From Chlorokybus atmophyticus (lineage: Eukaryota; Plantae; Mesostigma and Chlorokybus algae): DNA of 64,000 nucleotides. The notes below the pieces were generated by a model, which saw only the letters and a program-made list of their open reading frames with translations, ran no database searches and had not been told where the DNA came from. Where the stretch lies: assembly GCA_009103225.1 (NCBI GenBank), contig RHPI01002090.1, forward strand, positions 336,370 through 400,369, read 5' to 3'. Both the position numbers and the translations under genes were made by a program. Shown here piece after piece: positions 24,930-37,560 of this stretch (position 1 is the first letter of the stretch; the number at the start of each line of letters is the position of its first letter).

Positions 24930-24990
24930 CCCCCCCCCCCCCCCNNNNNNNNNNNNNNNNNNNNNNNNNNNCCCCCCCCCCCCCCCCCCC
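24930..24990. other. Assembly gap (27 N, 24945-24971) inside a poly-C run
   Basis: N bases flanked by homopolymer C on both sides. Confidence 0.98.
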
Positions 24991-25725
24991 ATCCGCGCTT
25001 TGACTTTCATCATACACCAATATCATCATCACTCAGTATGCCGCAAAGCCAGTGACAATACTACTCCGCATAGTCTACTGCCTGACGTCGTCAATAGCTG
25101 TCGCTGCACAAGAGGTGAGTAGTGTAGCATGCTACACTACTCACTTTTCATCTCACTTTTGCTGCGGGTTGGGGACACATGTTTCTGGTACTGCGCTTGC
25201 ATTGCAGCCCCTTAAATTTGAGTATGGCATATGTACAAGATGCGCGGGAGTTGTGTGTTTATGGCTATCATGTGACTGCTCGATGCGTGGGTGTGTTTAC
25301 GTTGGCGCATGAGTTATGTGTACACAAGATGCAACGGGGATGTGCACGGCATGGTGTTCATCCATAGATGTACCTTATGCTCTTCATACTTCCCTGCCCT
25401 ATTGTAATACACATCTTTAAAACGAGACAAGACGTCATACCACTGATTCGCTTGTGACATCAACAATTTCGTTGCTTTATGCACAATTTATTGTCAACAG
25501 CTTAGCCATGCAAATTGGCAATTTGCCACTGACTCAGTGGCACGGACGCAAGTTCCATCAGACACGCGATCTTGGGACTTGCTATCACACGCATGGTCAC
25601 TGAACACTGCTCCAAGTGATCACTGAACGCGGTCGTATAACCTCAGGCCGATTTGGGCGACTGGGTCAGGCCGGACCAGGCCAGGCGGCGGCGGCGGTGG
25701 GGACGCAGCGCAGAGCTGCGCGTGC

Positions 25726-26698
25726 ATGGAAAGCCCAGCAGACTTTTACGCACGGTTGCTGTCCGGTTCGGAAGCGGGCCCAGGGCCCAGGAGCTTTCCG
25801 CAACTGCCGCCGGCAGCCTCCCGCACGCAGAGCGCAGCAGCAAGCCACGAAGCTGGCAGCCGGGGCGCAAGCGGACGCCTGCTTCCTGCGAGTGCTGCTA
25901 GGCCTACTACTGATTCTACAGCGGGGCTTGGACGGAATGGAGGCGGAACACTTGAGAGCTGGGATGGAGGAGGAGGAGCAAACGCTGACGGGCTTGGCCG
26001 GCAAGTGCCTGCGTACAGCATATCCCAGTCGAATGTTGGGTACAAGGTAACAGACGCTCGTGCGCCGCAACTCGTGTGCCGCTGGCCAAACCGCTTGTGC
26101 GTGTGCACTTCACGTTGTGTGTGCGTGTGTGTGTGTGTGCGCACGCTAGCTAGACAAGTAACTGATAGATATGCACAACTCGACGATCACCAGGATAGCA
26201 TGCATAGCTGGTAGTAGTTGCATAGACAGTCAACTGAGCGTTCCCCCCTGTGCTGTTTGCATACCCCATGCACACATGTTGACTGTTGTGCACCTGCAGT
26301 TGTTGAAGAAGGCAGGTTGGAGCGAAGAGCATGGGCTCGGCGCGGGCGAGCAAGGCAGGCTGCAGCCTGTTGTCCCGCAAATGAAGGCCGACAAAAAGGG
26401 AATTGGCGTGACGATAAAGAAACCAAGTGTGGATGCAGACAAGGTACTGCTGGTACTGCTGGTATTAGTATTCGCACGTATTTTTATAGCTCAAACTGAA
26501 ACGGTGCATGCGCAGGCCAAAAGGAAGCGCAAGCGGGTTGGCGGGGTACGCAAAAAGGACGACGATGACGAGGTGCCTGAAAGCGTTGAGCAGCGATCCG
26601 AGCGTCGCAAAGCACTCGCGCATGCCGAGAAAGACAAGCTCAAGGAACAGGCCATACGCCAGTACCTTGCGTACGCGTTTGCACCGGACAATGTTTGA
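25726..26698 (+). CDS. G-patch domain protein (3' end uncertain; may extend to about 26813)
   Basis: ISQSNVGYK|LLKKAGWSEEHGLGAGEQGRLQPV...KKGIG is a canonical G-patch, followed by a K/E-rich coil. Confidence 0.75.
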
Positions 26699-26873
26699 TT
26701 TTTACAGCCATGTAGAGAGACAGGAATACTGGTTGCTATGCTATAACCTCTATCAATTAGTGCCCACAGTGCCCGCAGAAGAAGCGAGCACTGCCCATTG
26801 TAACACACAGTAACGTATGTACAGCTATCTGGCATATGTAAGCTGAGAGAAAGCCCACTCCCATCTGAAGCAG

Positions 26874-28668
26874 CTACCAGTTCAAGTGGTTGTCATCATC
26901 GGGGTCGCGGAGCTCCTCGTAGTACACGTCTTCCATCTCTATGGTATCCTGCAGGCACAATTTGGTGGGTCATCAAGAGTATGTTGACAAACAACAGCGC
27001 AGAGTTTCGGTAAAGCAGTGTCACCATGAAGAAGTCAGCCAAGAACGTCATGTAAAGCAGCGGCGGATAGAACGCGTAGTATGCGAAGTTCATCAGACCG
27101 TACATGCTGCGCAAAGCATAGCACAGGGTTGGTGTGATCAGGCATGGATATCACTGCTTAGGACACAGCTGCGCCTGAATCTGCACTCAGGCTTGGCAAG
27201 GAGAGCGAGACTTACCAGTAGCCGAACGGCACGCGAATGGCAATCAAAAAGCTACCAAATGACAGACCCGCGTAGAGCGAGAATAGCACGAGGACGTAGC
27301 GGTAAAACGCCGGGCGTGCTGCATTGTTGCATAACGGTCACAATTACTTAGTATCATACACCGCAAGCCATCAGCAGCTTAAGAACAAATGTGACAGGAC
27401 ACCGCTCTCACAAAGAGCTAACCTGGCAGACGATCGCGCCATCGCGTGTGCGGGAGCGCTAGAATGGCCAGGTACACCAACGCAAACACCAGGGAATGGA
27501 AGAACCAAAAGCCCCACTTGGCCCACGTGTCTTGAGCCGCCACGCTCTCATCGCTAACGCCTACTAGAAACAGTTGCACCCCGAACCCGAATATGTACAC
27601 AGCCTGCAGCACAGCCACACTGATTAAAACAAAACACAGCCATGAGGTGAATTAACAAACATGCCCATACCTTGATCAAGGTGTCGGCAAAAGCAATGGC
27701 CCCAGACACTGTCACTGTGCGTATGAGCGCTTCTCTTCCCGATGTGAGGTATCCCTGTGAGAGGAACACCACCACGGAGACCTCCAGCAGGACAAGCCCG
27801 AAGCGCGTGAGCAGCCACAGCGCGTTGTACAGATCCGTAGACGCTGCGCTGCTACTCGGCACGGTTTGCCACATTTGTACAACACACCTGCCAGTCGCGT
27901 GTCACATCCCAGGAAGTCTACGCATTGTGTACAGGGTATGTCAAAGTGGTGTATATCTGGTGCAAGTAAGACAGTGCATGCGTACCGTAAGAGATTGAGC
28001 AGGCAGACAGTCCACAGGAAGGCATAGTATGTCGCCATGATGTGCGACTGGCTCTGTATGAGCCGTTGCATGGACTTGCGTGCATTGGACACAAGGAAGC
28101 ATACGAAAGCCACCGTTGGCAACCCCACCTGCATGTGCCAGAGACACACTCATACACACAGACAGGCTTCTGATGGACCCACAACTAGCAGTTTCCATTG
28201 ATTGCCGCATTCAGCACCGGTTATTGGCGTAGAGCAGGCGGTAGCCTCTGGCATATCGTAAACATAGCACATACACGCCAAAGTTCTGTTCGCTTAAACA
28301 AGGCACGCGTTGCGTAACGTGCGTTGCAGGACGCATACAATATGTTATGCAGCTGGTGCTTGCCAGAATGAAAAGGCGGGGGGTTGCAGCCTGAGCAGCA
28401 GGCTCGGCTGCTGCAACTTGTGTGAAGACGGACTCGTATGAATGCAGCATTTCACGTCCGACATCTGAATGAGTCGTTTCCAAACAACCGAGGCTAGGCG
28501 TACCAGCAGGTCGTATATGACAATGTGGAATTTGCTGCTGTGCGGGCTGATCAAGTTGAGGCAGAAGGAGCTGGGCATGGCTGCTGCCGCCGCCTCCGCA
28601 GGACCAGAGGCGTTTGCGGCGGCATCCAGCAGCAGCCGCCTCGCCAGCAGGCAAGGGCCGGAGTCCAT
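26874..28668 (-). CDS. 7-TM CAND2/TPRA1 (GPR175)-like candidate GPCR
   Basis: GLPTVAFVCFL..ARKSMQRLIQSQSHIMATYYAFLW, LWLLTRFGLVLLEVSVVVFLSQGYLTSGREALIRT, KWGFWFFHSL, YYAFYPPLLYMTFLADFF and acidic tail DTIEMEDVYYEELRD...W*. Confidence 0.88.
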
Positions 28669-29690
28669 CACCGCCGCCACCACCGTCGCCGTCAACTGCA
28701 GCCCGCCCCAGTCAAACAGCCCACATCACGCTGTGACCTGCCTCCTTCCCTCACCCCAACATCTCCGCCACCGCCACCGCCACCGCCACCGCACGCAACG
28801 GCAGCAGCATGCTGTGAGCGCAGTCGTACGCAACGCAAAGTTTGCGTCGCAAACAGTTCGTAAATGCTGACGCGTGACAGTGGTGAACGGTGGCGCAGTG
28901 AATAGTTGCCACCACAAAGAGTCGACGCCGCTGAAGGCTTCGGGTTGTTTGTAGGCTGGGGTTGTGACGGAAAGACTTGCAACAGCTGTGCGCTAGCCGC
29001 AAAATTATTTCTCATGCTGCCGTGGCATTCTTCGTTGTGAATGAAACAAGTTGTGATGCTTGGTTGGCATGACTACGGATGCGAAGATGCATCAGTGGTC
29101 ATAATGGAGGCCGCGCGGTTACGCCGTGCAAAACGCTTGCCATACAGGAAGCAGTTTCTCACGGGAATGAGAGTGAAAAACCGTGAAGACTACAAGGAAA
29201 ACAAGTGTGTGCAGAAGGAAGGTCACCACAGCCTACAACTTGTGAATGATCACCGCCAGCGCAGTATACTTGCGCTTGTTTAGCCTACATGCGGAGTGTA
29301 CGAAAGGGGCTGCTGTGTCAGCATGCACGCATGTACAACAGATAATATGCTAGATCGTGTTATGTCTGAAGAATGCACATTCCTTTGACGATGCCACAAC
29401 CTTTGTTACTTCTACTACTTCTGGCTGTACTGCTCAGGAAAGCTGCTAATGCATCGATAGCTGACACAACGTAGCAACTGCTTAATTCACTTTCAACTAG
29501 TCCGGAACAACGCTAATGCCCTTGTATCAAAACAAATGCAATCCTCATTAACTAGCACACTGCCGTGTGCGCATGTGATTGCGTGCCTAATGTTACAGAC
29601 CACACAATGTGACCAACCCCTACAGTCGTGCTGCCATGTGCCTAAACCACTAGCTTCACGTCACCCAAGCAGCTTGCGCGTACATGCCAG

Positions 29691-31537
29691 TTAAAAGTGC
29701 ATGTTGTTGCCGTGCTGCGATCCGCCTGTTTGAGCGGCGGCAAGGGGGTTTGTTGAACTTGTTGCGGCATTACTCTGCAGGTGCTCGGCGCCAAACACAA
29801 ATGGTTGATTCGCCGGCAAGCTGATCTGTGCACCAAAACTGATTGTTGAGCCCGCTCTGTCTAAGTGAGAGTTACCAAATGCTGGGACGGCTGGGGGTGG
29901 TTGCGCGTTGCCAAGTGCCGCAAATGGAGGAGGAGCCCCAAGCTGCTGCTCTTCAAACTCCTGTAACTGCTTCGCGTGCTCTGCAATGGTTGGACAATCA
30001 GAGTCAACGCCAACACCTTCGAGACACTGTCACAGAGTATGCCAACAACAAAACACCCTCCTGTACGCAGCACAACCAGCTGCGCATGTTATGTTACACA
30101 CAAGATGTGACAACGGTTTTGCTTACCTGGAGTGATGTTTGTGGATGGCTTCAGCTCCTTGATATACTGGTGGGCTTGCGGTAGTCGCCACCCTTTGTGA
30201 ACAATGAGGTACGCGATCACGACAGCGGGGGCTCGCGAAACACCCGACATGCAATGCACGAGGACCTTTTGTTGAGAGATCCGAATCTCCTCTGCGAGGT
30301 ACAACGACGCTGGTGAGGTCGCATACAACAGGGCTATAAGTGCCTTGCGAGCCACTTACCTATGGCAGCAATGGCCTCCTGAAGTGGTAGCAACTTGGCT
30401 TCGCTGCAGGTATAGTATTTGAAGGAATTTCTGTACAGGTTCTGGCAGGAAGGCACAGTCTGCACGACAGGCATAGGACGTAGAGTGTTGATTGATGGCG
30501 AATAACGCTGGCAAGCAAGCCAAAGCTCCCTACGGTCAATGTACGACAACGAGCACTGTGCTTAGGTTGCATTGACTGGACGCCATGGGCACTCACATTT
30601 ACAATGTTGGTGATGTTGAGTGCTTTGAGGACATCACTGCGTGACGCATGGTCGAAGGACCCCAAAAACAAAAATCTCGGCAGGATCTCTGTCGGCAAAG
30701 CGCTTGCAATGGATCCTTTGGATGATGAGGCAGGTTGCGGCTGGTGTCCACACACACCACAGGGCTCCCCGTCCTCGTACCTACCACAACCAACAAAGCC
30801 TTGCATTAACGTTATGCAACTTCATTCCTGTCACCATTGAATGCAAACGCAGCATATGAGCAACGCAGGTGGCACCACATTCCATCCACAGGTGCAGCGG
30901 CTGCAGCACTCATGCGGGACGTTGTCTGCCTCATGTGACGTATTTATTACGCACGATCAACAATGCTCGAAGGCAGGCTTCATATCGATTGAGGCTCAGA
31001 GCAGCGTGCACAGATGTGCGCTACAGCCAGATGCAATACCAAGACATACGACCTACTAGCACACAACGTACATACAGACAGCTAGCGGCGACGTTGACTT
31101 GGGGTTTAGCAATACTTACCCATGTCGTAACGCAATCTATCTGAGCGATGGCTGGGCGTCAGTGCCTGCCCAGTGATAACATTGCTGTAACCAGCTACAT
31201 CCCAGTATTTGTGATGTGCTCGCGCTGTATGCAACTGACCACTGGACCATGATAAATTGAACTGTCATCGGTGTTGTTCGCTTGATCAAAATTTAGGCCA
31301 GCTGAAGCATGTTACCTACAACTGACTCTGCTCATGATAACACGGTACCCATCGCCAAAACAACCCGACTTGCAGACGCTTGGATGCAGACGCTCAATTG
31401 TTCACGAATAAACAATCCATGAGAACGATATGACCGTCGTAAACCCTTCCACGCACAACAGCTTCACATAGACGTGCAACTCACCGATGGTAGTGGCCGC
31501 AGACAAAGCAGGGGTTCTCCCTCTCCCGCTTCCGCAT
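29691..31537 (-). CDS. IBR5: IBR5-like dual-specificity (MAP kinase) phosphatase
   Basis: MRKRERENPCFVCGHYHR|YEDGEPCGVCGH...ALPTEILPRFLFLGSFDHASRS...TVPSCQNLYRNSF closely matches plant IBR5. Catalytic motif VHCMSGVSRAP. Confidence 0.92.
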
Positions 31538-31811
31538 TCTAAGCCTGCCACGCCAGCAGCAGCTACCACGACCTAAGCTCTCCAACCAGCCTGTCTGATC
31601 CACCTCCACCTCCGCCTCCGCCTCCGCCTCCGCCTCCACTGCCGCTTCCGCCGCCGCAGCGCCAACGCAGCACTGGCTTTGATTTGCCGCAACCGCAAGC
31701 AACAGGCGTGCAGCTTCTGCCGCTCAACCCTACATAACGTTCGCTTCAATGCCGCTGCTGTACACCGACTCACCCAATCAGTGCAGCTAACGTTTAAGTG
31801 CCTCAGCTCTT

Positions 31812-31819
31812 TTTCCCGC
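31812..31819 (+). promoter_or_regulatory. Canonical E2F site TTTCCCGC in the IBR5/FAN1 divergent promoter
   Basis: Exact TTTSSCGC consensus about 130 nt upstream of the FAN1 ATG. Confidence 0.55.
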
Positions 31820-31948
31820 CATTGCTAAAGCTGCTACGGCTGCTTGCTGTGAGCTCGCCATTGGGGTGGTGGCGGCGGCGGGGGAGGCTGCAGTGTGGAG
31901 CCTCCCCCCTACGCACTGTCAATTCCCACAGTGTGATTTTGCTTCACC

Positions 31949-34900
31949 ATGGCTGGGGCGCAGTTGCGCGGGCTGGAGTCGCTGCGCAGGGTGGTTGGTC
32001 CGAGACGGACCAACACTACAGCAGCAAGCTCTGCGTCCAATTGGCAGGTAGGCAGTCGTTGGTTGTCACCTGCAGACTCTTGTGTTGCATACTGTATCAA
32101 TGCATCAACCAGAGGGGTTAACTAGGAACGGTGAGCTGCATTGATGGATACAGCACTTTAGTCAGCTTGGAACTGCGGAAGCAAGTCGACTTACACCATC
32201 GATTGACTCATTCACAGGCATTGTCTATGCCTTATGAACAAATACTAATGCACAGATGGCTTGATAGTCTCATGCAGTACAAAGTATAATCATGTGGACT
32301 GCCGACCACATTCCTGTTGGTGAACATGAAGCATTGGACGATGTAGAGACATTTTGCAAGACAACACACCAATGCTGCCTGATAAACTTGGCTTTTGCAT
32401 GCACCTTAACAGGGATAATGTGATTAATGGATGACGACTACCTGTATATACAAAGCCGAGCATGCACTCATAGAGAACACACACATTTGCTTTCAAGCTC
32501 AGTGATTCTCTCTCCCAGCAGTGTTGCAATCAATCTACCTGGCTTTGGCGAGTCATGTGGTACCCTACAGCATTATAGTCCATATAACGACACTACAAGG
32601 CCTAATACAGATAGTGCACTGGTTGCTCAATTTGTATTGTCTGTTCAGATTGAACATGCACAACTAGCGAGTGGTGCAGAGGCTACCGCATTGCTGCATC
32701 GGCGGCTGTCTGGTGCCTCGGCTTCAACCTCCGCTTCGTGTGCCAGCTTTTTAGACGTCGGGGGAGCATTTGCTCTTTGCCCAGTCTGCAACAAGGAGCT
32801 GCCTGAACACCCGATTGCAGTCAACGCACATATAGGTGACAAATGTGTTTGTGTTACATAATTTGTCAAGAGCATGTCTTGCCTCTGCTGTAAATCAAGG
32901 GCATGTCCTGTCTGGCTGTACATGGAAAATAATGCCATGTTAATCTGCCCGGAATCGGCATACGCAGATGCGTGCCTAGCCCTAAAGAAGTGCCGCCGCC
33001 CATTGCAACAAATGACGTTGCTGCAGTTCACCAGCATCCGCAAACTGAAAGAAGTAGTGGTCTCAACAACTCTTCAGGACACTATGCCACCGACGGACAA
33101 AGTTACTACCACATCAGGGCTTGTTCCTCTGACATCCGCGGTTGTAGGCCGCCGGTTTGCTTCAACAGCTGCCGTGTCAGTTGGACAAGTGGTGTACGCC
33201 AAAAGAGAACCAGACAACCCGCAAGACTGCAATGCAATACTGGTATGAAGGAATGAGATGGGTTTGATTGGTACGTGCGTAATGTTTTACCGCTGATTGA
33301 ATGTTATCAGGTTGTCAATGAAGATCAGGAGCACTTGGGGCACCTACCCGCACGCATCGCACAGATCCTTGCCCCTCTTCTCGATGAGAAGCTGTTCGTT
33401 CTGAAGGTACCATGCGTTATCAATGGACATACACGTTGTAACAGTGATTGTTAGCCGTCTACATGAGTACCTGTTTGAAATGAGGTATAATGCACAGGGC
33501 GCAGTAATGTCCTCCAAAGCTGCAGCGCTGCAAGTGCGATTTACACCGGAGCTTACACATACAGCGGCAAAGTCTCTAGCACCAGTGGAAGAAAGTTGGC
33601 GTGAGGTTGTCAACAATGTATCAGAAGATCTTCTCATCGCACGCGCTGCCGCAAACTTCCAAACACTACTCAAGTCTGTCATGTCCAACGATGGTCATCT
33701 GTTGATTGAAGCCGAGCACAGGCTACTTGGTCAGTGCCTCCTCATGGTGCCTAACGTTGTGCATGCTTGACCAGCTTGACAAACGTTGCTGCTCAGGCAA
33801 ATACTTTGAGCTCTCGGCAAACGCGCAACGCCTGTTTGTTCGTGTCTTTCAGCGGAAAGGTCAGCAGGAACTCCTACAGGCAGCACCCTGTGCCAGTGTC
33901 TCAGGCAGCAGCTGCAGTAGCAATGCTGATGAACATTGCGGCTGGCAGGCCCTTGGTTTCGTGTAATTAATCTTATGGACAGCTACTGTGACATTGATGT
34001 GCGGGCTGCACTACAAGAGTTGACTGGTATGTTGTAGACCTACATCTTGTACGTACAGTGGTGCCTGGCTTGTGCACACGCTGCGTGTTGTGGAATTGAT
34101 TGGCGTGCTACGCAGAGCAACACTTCTTCCGTTCTTCCACGACCGCTGATGTGGAAAGCGTGAAGGATAGGTTGGCAGTTCTGTCTGTTGCTGAGTTGCG
34201 TGACATAGCGACAGCCACTAACTCCTTGGTATGTGGCCTCCATTCCTGTCAGCTCCATTCCTGTGATGTCTGGCATTGCTGCATGCACAGTGGCAGCTGC
34301 TGACTGTGCAAACATGACGCGTGCACAGAAACGCGGCGACATCTCCAAGGCACTAAAAGAGCAGCTGCAGACTGCAATTGCTCAGACAGGCCGTCAACAA
34401 GGGCCTGATGCATATGCGCAGTACGTCACAGCATTCGTTAATGTACTCTCTTGCATATGGCATCAACGCCCATTCGGTGGCTGAGCTCAATAAGTATTTG
34501 ACAGGCACTCAAAACATTTGCCCGTTGTGTCCCTGGCACATCATCTCTCTCAGTCACACCAGAAGTGTATTGATGGGAATATTGTTTGCTGTGCAACCGA
34601 GGTAAATCTGCACGCAGGAAAGGCGTTGAGACACTACTGCAGCAAACCGCGGGCTGCTGTACTGCCATTGATGCTGGTGTCAGCGTTTTGATGCAACGCA
34701 TGCAGGTAAGACCCTGGCCTCCTGCATGCTGCCTTGCCCTCCTACATTTGCAGGCATGACTCCCTATGATGTATCGCAGAGGTTGTTCTTCTGCAACGAG
34801 CACCACGACCTCTCCACGTTCTTGCTGGTGGACATAAGAAAGCGGAAATACCCGGCATACAAGTGCAACCGCACGCGATCTTCATTTCCTGATCGTGAGA

Positions 34901-37091
34901 TTTTGCTGCGCTACGAGCAGGTAAGCAGTTATAGCTGATCGTGGTGTGTATGCCCCAATGAATGACAATGTCACCAATTGAAGTCCTTGCAACATGCATT
35001 TACTTCATGTGACCCACAGGCCCTGGAACGCGGATGCCATGTCAGTAGTTTGTTGGAAAGCATGGCACTGACTGACGTCCTGCCGCACACTGAGAACTTC
35101 CTTGATGAAGCTCTGCATAGCCTGATATGTGCACCTTCCAAAAGCGCATACAATGACTACCCTTTCCTGGCGCGGTTCACCGCTGCGTGGGTGGACGCTC
35201 TGGTGCTGACTTGTGGAGTGTCGCTGCTTGAAAGGCACAAGCAATTTGACCGCGCCATAGAGTTGTTGCAGGTAAATGCATCACATTGTTGTGAATATGC
35301 ACATGTTGGTTGTCAATACTGGGGGAACAGATTGCTGGTTACAACTATGACGTGCTCAATGCTACTGGCAGGCATTGCTACGAGAGCAGTGGTGTCCTTC
35401 CAAGCGAGGTCATTGGTGGGAGCGCCTATGCATTGACCTGCAGCATGCCAAGGTGTTGGTTGGCTGTCAATCAGCCTGTTGGGTATTGCTAGGCTTGCCC
35501 TGCCTGCTGAAGTGTCGGCATGTGGCAGGGCCCAAAAGCCAGTTTAGAGGTGGCTAAAACCGCCCTTCAAGACAGTTGGGTTCGAGGAGGCTCGCGTGTC
35601 GCTCTCGAACGGAAAGTGGCACGACTGACCAAACGCTTCAGCCCCTACTCCACTAATCTTTATCCTGCCGCATTACAACCTCCATGCACAGAGGTAGGCT
35701 GCACATGCTGCACTCGTTTCATGGGGCTATGCGTATGGTACCAACATTGGTGTCCAGCCTTGACTGTTACAAGGATGTGCATATGCTTGCAACCGAAATG
35801 AACACATCTGCGTAAGCCCCCCCACTCTTCTCACGCACATGCACATGCACAATAACGCCCGCCTCAGTCAAACTTGCCAGCCAGTTTACTCAATGAATCG
35901 TGCATGGTGCAGCGCATCTCATTTCATCTGCTGAGTTTACAGGTGCAGGTGACGTCAACCAGCTACCACGATGTTGGCTAATCATCCTCTTTCTGCAGGT
36001 AGTACTGGAAGGTCGTCCACTCAACTGTGTTGTTGGCATGAAAAGCCTGTTCTTTGGCTTTGATGACTCCATGTGCAGTGTTGAGCAGCTTGCGCTACAA
36101 CACTATGCAAGGTACAGTATCTACATGGTGAAAGCAGTCAGTGATGCATGTACACATGTATTCATGCCTGACATGCGAGTCAAAACTGCCACACTCATAG
36201 CCAATCTCTGTACAGCTCTGAAGCAGGCGACTGGCAGGGTTGCCATTCGGAAAGCGGCATCTTCCTCACATTATTCGGGCTGCTCATGTGGGAGGTGTTA
36301 TTCACTGACGTGCCTGATGTGTTCAGAACAGAGTTCCAGGTGCATTTATTGTGTTCTGGGTACAGGTGTTGCATAAGACGGTTCAACCTGCTGCAGAGTC
36401 GTGTTACTGTTGCATGCAAACGCTCACATTCACTCCACAGACAGCACCGCTGGACCTGCACACAGATGCATTTTATGTGGCGAGGACGGATCTCATAGCA
36501 GCCCAAGTTGAAAGAATCCGTGAGGGTGGTCAAGTTGAGATGCTCACAAAGGTTGGTGTCTTTGTGCTGGCTTGGCGAGCTAGAGTGTGGTTGGTAGAGT
36601 ATGCACACACACGCGTTGCTGGCAAAATCAACGCACGGATACAGGTTTGGGAGGCACAGCAAGGGACCTGGTGTTGTGGCGTGTCATGGGAACGGTACAC
36701 TCTAGCACAGCTGCAGGAGATTGCAGCATGCATTGGCGGCCCAGGACTAGCAGCCATCTGCAGTTTGCTTGCTGAAGACTACGCGCTCTGGGTCGGCGGG
36801 ATGCCTGATCTGTTACTGTGGAAGCCAGAGCAGCTGAAGGCCAAACTTGTTGAGGTATGTTTTAATGCTCTGTGCAACAACATATCAATCTATCTTTCAA
36901 CACTGGACCTGGCAATGCTTACTGCTGGTGTCTGCGTGCAGGTCAAAGGCCCTAATGACCACCTGTCCGACGACCAGCGTGCGTGGATCATGCAGCTACA
37001 AGCTGCTGGCGTTGACGTTGAGGTCTGCAAAGTGCTGCCCCCGCAGGAAGCAGCGGCACGAGAAAACAAGAAGCGCGGGGCCCGGCGGTAA
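31949..37091 (+). CDS. FAN1: Fanconi-associated nuclease 1 (UBZ, HIRAN, TPR, VRR-NUC)
   Basis: MAGAQLRGLESLRRVVGPRR (plant FAN1-type start); CPVCNKELPEHPIAVNAHI|DACL (UBZ); AVVGRRF...KREPDNPQDCNAI (HIRAN); FVRVFQRKG; RGHWWERLCIDLQH; GGMPDLLLW...LVE|VKGPNDHLSDDQRAW (PD-(D/E)xK). Confidence 0.92.
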
Positions 37092-37560
37092 CTGTTGCAG
37101 CATACCCTTGACATTGCATCTGTTCATTGTCAAGTTGACAATGAACAGATCAGCAGTTTATAGATCACGGTGTGCCCTGCTTCTGTTGCAGTCCAGTTGC
37201 AAGCAGGTCTGATCACAGGTGCAAACATATGCATACTGCCGAATCAACCAACTTCTGATATAGCACTGCCCGCCTTTTAGCAGCATCACGTGCTTTCAAC
37301 TGTGACCATTACGTGTGAGACCAGTTTAACTTTTTTATTACTAGCAGCTTTGTCACACCATGCCAAGGCGTTTATCATTGCAAGAGTAAGTGACGATGTG
37401 CTGTGAGGGTTGTGGCAGCTGTGAACCAGAACCTGACAAGCCAACTGCTGTTGAAGGGCCACAGCACCCGTGCTCGCATAACTGAATCGGATGTAACAAG
37501 AGCATCACGGGCACTGGTGTTGTTGCCATGTGCAAGGATTGCGCAATGGCGTATATACCA

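Noticed and set aside
24930-24990. Poly-C tract as a G-quadruplex or regulatory element
   Set aside because: Interrupted by an assembly gap, so its true length and sequence are unknown.
29041-29283. 80-aa plus-strand ORF between CAND2 and IBR5
   Set aside because: No homology cue or supporting splice sites. It lies in presumed UTR or promoter sequence.
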